From Gelria sp. Kuro-4 (GTDB taxonomy: Bacteria > Bacillota > DTU030 > DUMP01): a DNA stretch of 24,000 bases. Position numbers and translations under genes: made by a program. Each line of letters begins with the position of its first letter. Within the stretch, counting starts at the first letter, position 1. The stretch covers positions 2,263,757 through 2,287,756 of the forward strand of contig NZ_AP024619.1 in NCBI RefSeq assembly GCF_019668485.1, written 5' to 3'. Below are positions 18,618 to 24,000 of the stretch, piece by piece. Below the pieces are notes generated by a model that was not told where the DNA came from, did no database searches, and saw only the letters and a program-made list of their open reading frames with translations.

Positions 18618-18646
18618 TTATTCCCCGCGCCCGAGGAAAATCCTTC
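18618..18646 (-). promoter_or_regulatory. Sigma-H-like promoter candidate upstream of array C and hpf
   Basis: The minus strand reads GAAGGATTT-11 nt-GGGGAATAA. This fits the Bacillus sigma-H consensus as I recall it (RNAGGAWWW-N11-12-RNNGAATWW) at every specified position. Confidence 0.4.
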
Positions 18647-18667
18647 CCGCCCCGCGCAAACCAAAAG

Positions 18668-18692
18668 GGCCTTCGGTGAGCTTCCGAAGGTC
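18668..18692 (-). terminator. Intrinsic terminator of the ABC transporter operon
   Basis: The minus strand reads CCTTCGG-AAGCTCA-CCGAAGG followed by CCCTTTTGGTTTG, 13 nt after the ATPase stop codon. Confidence 0.65.
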
Positions 18693-18704
18693 CGAAGGTC
18701 CAGC

Positions 18705-19427
18705 TTAGAGGATTTTGCTTAAAAACGCCTGGGTGCGCTCATTCTGCGGGTTCTGGAAGATGGCGGCCGGTTTGCCTTCCTCGACGATCTTCCCGTCGTC
18801 CATAAACAGCACCCGGTCACCCACCTCGCGGGCAAAGCCCATCTCGTGGGTCACCACCACCATCGTCATCCCGTCGCGGGCGAGCTGCTTCATCACATCC
18901 AGCACCTCGCCGATCATCTCCGGGTCGAGCGCCGACGTGGGCTCGTCAAAGAGCATCACCTTCGGCTGCATCGCCAGCGCCCGGGCGATGGCCACGCGCT
19001 GCTGCTGCCCCCCGGAAAGCTGCCGCGGGTAGGCGTCCGCCTTCTCGGAAAGCCCCACCTTCGCCAAGAGGTCGCGGGCGATCTCCTCCGACTCCGCTTT
19101 CCCCATTTTGCGCACCTTCTGCGGCGCCAGGGTGATGTTATCCAGCACCGTCATGTGCGGGAAGAGGTTGAAGGACTGGAACACCATCCCCACCTCCTGC
19201 CGCACCCGGTTGATGTTGGTGGCCGAGTGGTTGAGCTTGATCCCGTCCACCACAATCTCGCCCTCGCTCGGCTCCTCCAGGTAGTTGATGCAGCGAAGGA
19301 GCGTCGACTTGCCCGAACCGCTCGGGCCGATGATCACAACAACCTCGCCTTGGTCCACCTTATTCGTAATGCCTTTAAGGACGTGCAGGTGCCCGAAGTG
19401 CTTGTGCACATTCCTAAGCTCGATCAC
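18705..19427 (-). CDS. Polar amino-acid ABC transporter, ATP-binding protein
   Basis: 240 aa: Walker [25 protein letters not shown], Walker [12 protein letters not shown]. GlnQ/HisP-like. GTG start overlaps the permease stop by 14 nt. Confidence 0.95.
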   Translation of the reverse strand: MIELRNVHKHFGHLHVLKGITNKVDQGEVVVIIGPSGSGKSTLLRCINYLEEPSEGEIVVDGIKLNHSATNINRVRQEVGMVFQSFNLFPHMTVLDNITLAPQKVRKMGKAESEEIARDLLAKVGLSEKADAYPRQLSGGQQQRVAIARALAMQPKVMLFDEPTSALDPEMIGEVLDVMKQLARDGMTMVVVTHEMGFAREVGDRVLFMDDGKIVEEGKPAAIFQNPQNERTQAFLSKIL

Positions 19428-20073
19428 CTGTACCCAACCTCCTCTCCGCCCGCCGCACCACTTGGCTGAGGGACAGCGTAAGGATTAGATAGATAACGCC
19501 TACGGTGATGTAAATAGGAAACGGCTCTACCTTGCGCCCCACCATCATCTGCCCGTAGCGCATGAGCTCCGGCACGGCGATGGTGGACATGAGGGCCGAA
19601 TCCTTAAGGAGCGTAATGAATTCGTTGCCCAAGGCCGGCATGATGTTGCGGAAGGCCTGGGGCAGGATAACGTAGCGCATGGACTGACCAAAGGTCATAC
19701 CCAGGGAACGTGCCGCCTCGCGCTGGCCGCGATCGATGGACTGGATGCCGGCGCGCACAATCTCCGAAACATAGGCGCCGCTGTTGATGCTGAAGGCCAG
19801 CCAGCCGGCGAGCTCCGGGGGGAGATTTACGCCCGTCACCTGCGGCAGCCCGTAATACACCAGGAAAAGCTGCACCATAAGCGGCGTGCCGCGGATAACC
19901 TCCACGTAAAAGGTGGCGATGCCATAGATTACGGAGTTCTTGGACAGGCGCGCCATGCCGCCGAAAGTACCGATCATAAGTCCAGTAAGAACGGAAAGAA
20001 ACGTGATCAGAATGGTGACGCGGACGCCGATCAAAAGGAGCGGCATTATCTGCGGGACTACTCCCCAATCCAT
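19414..20073 (-). CDS. Polar amino-acid ABC transporter permease (His/Glu/Gln/Arg/opine family)
   Basis: 219 aa with multiple TM segments and the EAA-type loop [23 protein letters not shown]. Confidence 0.93.
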   Translation of the reverse strand: MDWGVVPQIMPLLLIGVRVTILITFLSVLTGLMIGTFGGMARLSKNSVIYGIATFYVEVIRGTPLMVQLFLVYYGLPQVTGVNLPPELAGWLAFSINSGAYVSEIVRAGIQSIDRGQREAARSLGMTFGQSMRYVILPQAFRNIMPALGNEFITLLKDSALMSTIAVPELMRYGQMMVGRKVEPFPIYITVGVIYLILTLSLSQVVRRAERRLGTGDRA

Positions 20074-20120
20074 ACCTTGTCAATTTCTCCTCTCCCCAGG
20101 ATGACAAAGAGACACACGAC

Positions 20121-20147
20121 GGCCGGCGGGCAAAGCGCCCGCTGGCC
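20121..20147 (-). promoter_or_regulatory. Intercistronic GC-rich hairpin between the binding-protein and permease genes
   Basis: The minus strand reads GGCCAGCGGGC-GCTTT-GCCCGCCGGCC (11 bp, one mismatch), followed by GTCGTGTGTCTCTTTGTC. Confidence 0.45.
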
Positions 20148-20175
20148 GCCACCTGTGCTCCCCGGTGGTAGTGCT

Positions 20176-21030
20176 TTACTTAAACCACTTATCGTAAATC
20201 TGCTGGTAGGTGCCGTCTTCCTTGAACTTCTTGAGGGCGGCGTTGATCTTGTTCAGGAGATCGGTGTCCTCCTTGCGCAGGGCGATACCGGTGTACTCGG
20301 CCACGAACGGCTTGTCGCTCACCAGCTTAACCTTGTCGGCGTGCTTGTTGGCGTAAGGCACGCCCACCGGCAGGTCCACCACCACGGCGTCCAGGTTCCC
20401 GTTCTGCAGGTCCAGGAACGCCTGCGGGTAGTTGTCGTAGCGCTTGATCTCCTTGATGTCCACCTTTTTGCCTGCGTACTCACCGGTGCCTTCCTGCATG
20501 CGGGTCAGGACCTCATCGGCGGTGGTGCTGATCTGCACGCCGAGCTTCTTGCCGGCGAAGTCCTTCTCACTCTTGATCCCATCGTAGTCCTTGCGAACCA
20601 TAATCACCTGGCCGGCCTCAAAGTACGGGTCCGAGAAGTTCATCTTCTCTTTGCGCTCGTCGGTGATCGTTACGCCGGAGATGATCACGTCGTACTTCTT
20701 GGCGAGCAGCCCGGCGAAGATCGTCTCCCAGGCCACATCGGTGAACTCCACCTTCATCCCCAGCTCCTTGCCCAGGGCGTTGGCCAGGTCGACATCGAAG
20801 CCTTCAAACTCTCCCTTGTCGTTCACACTTTCAAAGGGTGGGAACGCCGCGTTAAAACCTACCCGGAGCACCGGCTGCTCCGCCGGCTGCTGCGCCTGGC
20901 CCTGCTCCGCCGGCTGACCGCCCTCCGCCGGCTTTTGCGGCTCCGCCGCCGGCTTCGAGCTGCAACCCGTCACCAGAAGCGACACCGCCAGGAGAACAAC
21001 CAGGCCGAGAGTGAAGAACTTTTTCACCAC
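20176..21030 (-). CDS. Amino-acid ABC transporter substrate-binding lipoprotein
   Basis: 284 aa. Signal peptide with a lipobox (LLVTGCSS), a low-complexity PAEQ linker, then a type-2 periplasmic-binding fold (GFDVDLANALGKELG..., DVIISGVTITDERK). Confidence 0.92.
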   Translation of the reverse strand: MVKKFFTLGLVVLLAVSLLVTGCSSKPAAEPQKPAEGGQPAEQGQAQQPAEQPVLRVGFNAAFPPFESVNDKGEFEGFDVDLANALGKELGMKVEFTDVAWETIFAGLLAKKYDVIISGVTITDERKEKMNFSDPYFEAGQVIMVRKDYDGIKSEKDFAGKKLGVQISTTADEVLTRMQEGTGEYAGKKVDIKEIKRYDNYPQAFLDLQNGNLDAVVVDLPVGVPYANKHADKVKLVSDKPFVAEYTGIALRKEDTDLLNKINAALKKFKEDGTYQQIYDKWFK

Positions 21031-21072
21031 TTGAACCCCCTGTCCGCGTTATTGCCGTCCTTCATGTTCATC

Positions 21073-21101
21073 ATTATACACGCCGAGGCATAATGTTACA
21101 A
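21073..21101 (-). promoter_or_regulatory. Putative sigma-A promoter of the ABC operon
   Basis: The minus strand reads TTGTAA-17 nt-TATAAT (perfect -10), ~40 nt upstream of the GTG start at 21030. Confidence 0.55.
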
Positions 21102-21350
21102 GTCCCAATTTCAGCCGTGTTGTGCGCCTACGCTCCGCTGCCTCATCAGTATGCATCTTTATGCATATTTATGCCGGTGCCTCTCCCTGAGCTTCGACTC
21201 TCACCGGTCCCCGTTCGGCCCCGATGGCCCGCGTGTGCCGGCTGCCCGCTGCGCGGACAGGTGCAGCGCCTTATGTCACCTGCGGCACCGGCTACAGACC
21301 CGGTTGCATGCTCCTACGGTCCCTATGCCTGCACCGGCGGGCCACTTTCC

Positions 21351-21368
21351 TGTGGATAATGTGGATAA
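21351..21368 (+). promoter_or_regulatory. Two abutting perfect DnaA boxes
   Basis: TGTGGATAATGTGGATAA is two head-to-tail copies of the reverse complement of TTATCCACA. Two 7/9 matches lie nearby in the same orientation (21372-21380 TGTTGAAAA, 21403-21411 TGTGGGCAA). Confidence 0.7.
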
Positions 21369-21486
21369 ACCTGTTGAAAACTTCCGCCTCAGGGGCTTGT
21401 CCTGTGGGCAAACCTGGGGAGAGCTCCGCGCACCGTGTCGAAGTCCCACGAACGGTCCCGGTCCCTGTCGCCTATTGCCGTGGGAG

Positions 21487-21967
21487 TTGCCGACCTGTCC
21501 TATCCTGCGCCGGTCCCCACTGCGCACACGCACACCCACCTGCCGAGAGCAACGGATCCTGGGTTGCCATGGGGACAGGTCGGGCCTCACGGCACACCCA
21601 CCTTCCGACAGAAACGTACCCTGGGTTGCCATGGGGACAGGTCGGGCATGGGGACAGGTCGGGCCCTCAATGGTCACCCTGGATTGCCGACCTGTCCCCC
21701 ACTCCTATCCCCGAATTGCCGACCTGTCCCACCCTGCGCCAGTTCCTACTACGCACACGGCACACCTACCCGCCGAAAGTAACGGATCCTGGGTTGCCAT
21801 GGGGACAGGTCGGGCCCTCGTCTCCTCCCCAGATTGCCGACCTGTCACCTCTCCGGAAGCCTTTGTGCAACTCCACGGCACACCCGACTTCCAAAAGAAA
21901 CGCCTCCAGGGTTGCCATGGGGACAGGTCGGGCCCTCGTCTCTACCCAGAATTGCCGACCTGTCCCC
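21487..21967 (+). repeat. Repeat array D of the nested-palindrome family (5 heads, 5 tails, mosaic order)
   Basis: Orphan tail at 21489. Heads at 21569, 21631, 21648, 21799 and 21917. Tails at 21686, 21718, 21836 (degenerate) and 21954. One nested double hairpin at 21631-21730. Confidence 0.9.
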
Positions 21968-21985
21968 TCTCCTCTAATACAAAAA

Positions 21986-22006
21986 CCCGGGCACCACCTG
22001 CCCGGG
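21986..22006 (-). terminator. Intrinsic terminator of the zinc-ribbon gene
   Basis: The minus strand reads CCCGGGCA-GGTGG-TGCCCGGG followed by TTTTTGTATT, 20 nt after the stop codon. Confidence 0.7.
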
Positions 22007-22025
22007 TAATTTGTCCTTCGTCCGG

Positions 22026-22334
22026 TTACCTCACGTTGGCCGCCCGCATTGCTTCATAGCACTCGCGGCAGTACACAGGGCGGTCGTTGCGCGGCTTAAA
22101 GGGCACCTGGGTGGGCTGGCCGCAGTTCGCACACACAGCGTCGTACATCTCCCGCGGGGGCCTGCCAGCGCCAGTACGGTTGGCATTGGCCTGCTTGCGC
22201 GCCTGTCGGCATTCGCGGCAGCGCGAGGGCTCGTTGGTGAAGCCCTTCTCCGCATAAAACTCCTGCTCACCGGCCGTAAACACGAACTCTTTGCCGCAAT
22301 CCCGACAGGTTAGCACTTTGTCCTCAAAGGCCAT
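22026..22334 (-). CDS. Small zinc-ribbon protein (two CxxC...CxxC pairs)
   Basis: 102 aa from ATG 22334 (GAGGGGA RBS): MAFEDKVLTCRDCGKEFVFTAGEQEFYAEKGFTNEPSRCRECR...AVCANCGQPTQVPFKPRNDRPVYCRECY. This is a duplicated zinc-ribbon module. Confidence 0.8.
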   Translation of the reverse strand: MAFEDKVLTCRDCGKEFVFTAGEQEFYAEKGFTNEPSRCRECRQARKQANANRTGAGRPPREMYDAVCANCGQPTQVPFKPRNDRPVYCRECYEAMRAANVR

Positions 22335-22364
22335 GCGAAAAAATCCCCTCACTTTGGATTGATT

Positions 22365-22633
22365 ACCATAGCTTAGCTGACCTGGTCTTTGCCCCCACAC
22401 CCGCCTGCTGGAAGTCTCGCTCCGGGCCTTCGCCCCTCACTACTCCTTCTCTCCGGGCCGCTCGGAAAGCCCTGTTCAGAACCGGCCACCCTCCGGTCCT
22501 CAGGCCCCTCCCGCGCTCCCGGGCAGGACTTACCCCTAAGCCGCCCCATGCTCAGCAGTCCTTCAACTGCCTTACGTGGATCGTTTCGCCCGCGGCTGGC
22601 ATCGATTTGCAACCACAGACCTAAGCCATTGGT
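22365..22633 (-). ncRNA. Candidate structured RNA (long 5' leader of the zinc-ribbon gene or an independent ncRNA)
   Basis: ~269 nt, GC-rich and non-coding-looking, directly downstream of a near-consensus promoter. Its first ~25 nt (22633-22609) can pair with 22392-22365 (~20 bp in three segments). It has several internal hairpins (for example AGGACCGG-AGGGUGG-CCGGUUCU). I recognise no Rfam family. Confidence 0.4.
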
Positions 22634-22639
22634 AGCCTC

Positions 22640-22668
22640 ATTATAGAGCAGCTGGCAGAAAAAAGCAA
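22640..22668 (-). promoter_or_regulatory. Near-consensus sigma-A promoter
   Basis: The minus strand reads TTGCTT-17 nt-TATAAT. The predicted start is near A22633. Confidence 0.6.
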
Positions 22669-22705
22669 GCTGTTTTGGGAAGATTTTGAGCCTGACCCCT
22701 TCTTC

Positions 22706-23200
22706 TTATCCACGCGAATCGATGAAGCGTCCTTCGCCCGTTACATCCTTCGGCCGGTACTGGAAGGCTGTGTGCCGGAGCTTGACCAACTGTTCCATGT
22801 CTCCCTGGAGCTTGCGTTTAAAGCCTGTCAGTGCCTCTACCAACTCCGTGTTAAGAGCAAGTGCCCGTTCCAAGGCGCCGAGCCGCCCTTCATAGGCCGC
22901 CTTGAGTTCCTCTTTCCAAAGGGCCGGCGCTGCACCCAAAAGCCCGCCCGGCCCCGCAGCGGTGCGCCCCAGCGCCAGTCTAAGGGTCCCTGCCTGCTTC
23001 TCCAGCTGTTCTGACTCGGCCATCAGTTTAGCGCGATCGGCCAAGGCACCCAGAGCCGTCTCAAGGGCACCTTCCTTGATGGCGGTAAGCGCTGCTTCAG
23101 TACATGCGACCATCTGATCGGTAATAGTCTTCTGGTTATGCCAGAATTTAGCCAAGTTGCTCCAGCCGTCTTGGGCGGGAGCCGCTTCAGCGGCCGCCAA
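22706..23200 (-). CDS. Hypothetical helical protein in the FliT/FlgN position downstream of fliS
   Basis: ~164 aa from TTG 23200 (GGAGGAGG 8 nt upstream; 14-nt overlap with the fliS stop). Ala/Leu/Glu-rich. The link to FliT rests on gene order only. Confidence 0.5.
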   Translation of the reverse strand: MAAAEAAPAQDGWSNLAKFWHNQKTITDQMVACTEAALTAIKEGALETALGALADRAKLMAESEQLEKQAGTLRLALGRTAAGPGGLLGAAPALWKEELKAAYEGRLGALERALALNTELVEALTGFKRKLQGDMEQLVKLRHTAFQYRPKDVTGEGRFIDSRG

Positions 23201-23603
23201 CGTTGAGACCTCCTCCGGCAACAGGGCCAGCTACACCCTGGTGCATCACCTCAGCCCATGCTTCGCGTAAGCCGGATAGAAGCGTCACTACCTCGGCGGC
23301 CGGCTGGGGATCACGTTTGATGTTGGCTTCTATCAGGCGACGGGACATGTAGTCGTACAGGCGGTAGAGATTGAGCGCCACGCTCCCCGCATCGAGGTCC
23401 AAAGAACTCGTAAGTTCGGCCACCATATCCTGCGCCTTAAGCAAAGCCCGGTGGGCTTCCTCTGTCCGCCCGGCCTTCAGCGCCTCGCTTCCATCGCGCG
23501 CCAGTCGAATGGCTGCATCGTACAGCATGAGTAGCAACTGGCCCAGCGAGGCTGTATTCACCTGAGTCTCCTGATATCTGGCATAAGGGTTTTCCCCCAA
23601 CAC
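23187..23603 (-). CDS. fliS: Flagellar export chaperone FliS
   Basis: 138 aa: NPYARYQETQVNTASLGQLLLMLYDAAIRL...LNLYRLYDYMSRRLIEANIK is a typical FliS four-helix sequence. GTG start with GGAGGA 8 nt upstream. Confidence 0.9.
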   Translation of the reverse strand: MLGENPYARYQETQVNTASLGQLLLMLYDAAIRLARDGSEALKAGRTEEAHRALLKAQDMVAELTSSLDLDAGSVALNLYRLYDYMSRRLIEANIKRDPQPAAEVVTLLSGLREAWAEVMHQGVAGPVAGGGLNVGGR

Positions 23604-23722
23604 GTCTGCATTCCTCCAAATACACTGCTTGCCCGTTCAGTCGTCTCAACTGCATAATCCACCTGTTGACCAGTTCAACCCTGATATGCCGCCTGTCCGA
23701 GCGAACCCGCACGCCTTACCCA

Positions 23723-24000
23723 TCAACTCCCCAGGGTTTTGAGCTGTCCCGCCAGCCACTCTCCTTGGGCCTGCGCCTGGGACAGTATGACTTCCAGTTG
23801 CGTGAATTGCCGCCGCAGGTTGTCCTCCCGCAGTGCCAGCCGCTGATCCATCCGGTCGATTTGGTCTTGAAGGTCCTTGATTTGCGCGTCCAGTGAATTT
23901 TCGCGGGACGTGATGAGGCCGGTCGTGTCACTGGAGGTCACGCGCTGAAGGTAGCCATCCAAGCGGGTAGCTACACCGTCGGTCTGCGAGGTAAATAAAG
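23723..24000 (-). CDS. fliD: Flagellar filament capping protein FliD, C-terminal part (5' end outside the window)
   Basis: The frame is open to the right edge. The C-terminus ...GLITSRENSLDAQIKDLQDQIDRMDQRLALREDNLRRQFTQLEVILSQAQAQGEWLAGQL matches the conserved FliD C-terminal coiled coil. Confidence 0.85.
   Translation of the reverse strand, partial: LFTSQTDGVATRLDGYLQRVTSSDTTGLITSRENSLDAQIKDLQDQIDRMDQRLALREDNLRRQFTQLEVILSQAQAQGEWLAGQLKTLGS

Noticed and set aside
21351-21411. Chromosomal replication origin (oriC) at the DnaA boxes
   Set aside because: Only two perfect and two weak boxes are present. There is no dnaA, dnaN or rpmH context and no clear AT-rich unwinding element with 13-mer or 27-mer repeats. 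The flanking genes are an ABC transporter and a zinc-ribbon protein. A DnaA regulatory or titration site is more plausible.
22365-22633. Identification of the structured region as SRP RNA, RNase P RNA, 6S RNA, tmRNA, or a SAM-I, cobalamin, guanidine-I or c-di-GMP riboswitch
   Set aside because: There are short resemblances (ACCAGGUCAG as in 4.5S RNA, GGGUAAGUCC versus the RNase P GAGGAAAGUCC, GCCCGGGAG and CUUCCAGCAG). The defining motifs are absent or out of order: the GGAA tetraloop with AGCAGC for SRP, P4 for RNase P, the B12 box, and UUAUCAAGAG/GCAACC for SAM-I. The length also fits none of them convincingly.
22649-22672. Hairpin CAGCTTGC-TTTTTTCT-GCCAGCTG (minus strand) as the terminator of the flagellar operon
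   Set aside because: On the minus strand no U-tract follows it (the T-run follows it only on the + strand, where there is no gene). It has a central mismatch and coincides with the -35 and spacer of the strong promoter. It could still contribute to termination, so the call is ambiguous rather than excluded.

Overview
This is a 24-kb chromosomal segment from a high-GC (roughly two-thirds G+C by eye) Gram-positive, Bacillota/Clostridia-like genome. Apart from a partial gene at the left edge, every convincing gene is on the minus strand. Reading right to left: fliD (partial), fliS and an ORF in the FliT position. Next comes a near-consensus promoter driving a ~270-nt GC-rich structured leader or ncRNA candidate and a small zinc-ribbon protein. 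Then a polar amino-acid ABC transporter operon (binding protein, permease, ATPase), hpf, an uncharacterised 226-aa protein, secA, and prfB with the classic +1 frameshift. Last is a ten-gene, tightly overlapping operon of the secondary-cell-wall-polymer / S-layer-anchoring type (two GT4 genes, DUF4330, a Wzy/O-antigen-ligase-like gene, a DUF5693-like gene, csaB, tagA). It runs with no visible terminator into a split transketolase and a DUF523 gene. The most unusual content is non-coding. Four intergenic loci (11831-12402, 16392-16448, 18076-18616, 21487-21967; ~1.65 kb, ~7% of the window) are built from one modular, same-orientation family of long, partly nested palindromes. The modules are a head ATGGGGACAGGTYGGGC, a 20-21 nt loop, a tail GCCRACCTGTCC(CCAT) and a conserved ~68-nt linker. 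One locus is a 179-bp higher-order tandem repeat. I cannot assign this family to any described repeat, MITE, CRISPR or ncRNA class. It sits at every transcription-unit boundary of the hpf-secA-prfB region. Other points worth a second look: two abutting perfect DnaA boxes with no dnaA/dnaN context, a sigma-H-like promoter that would make one repeat array the hpf leader, a probable CTG start, and several translationally coupled gene junctions. All calls come from reading the sequence and the ORF translations. No database search was possible.
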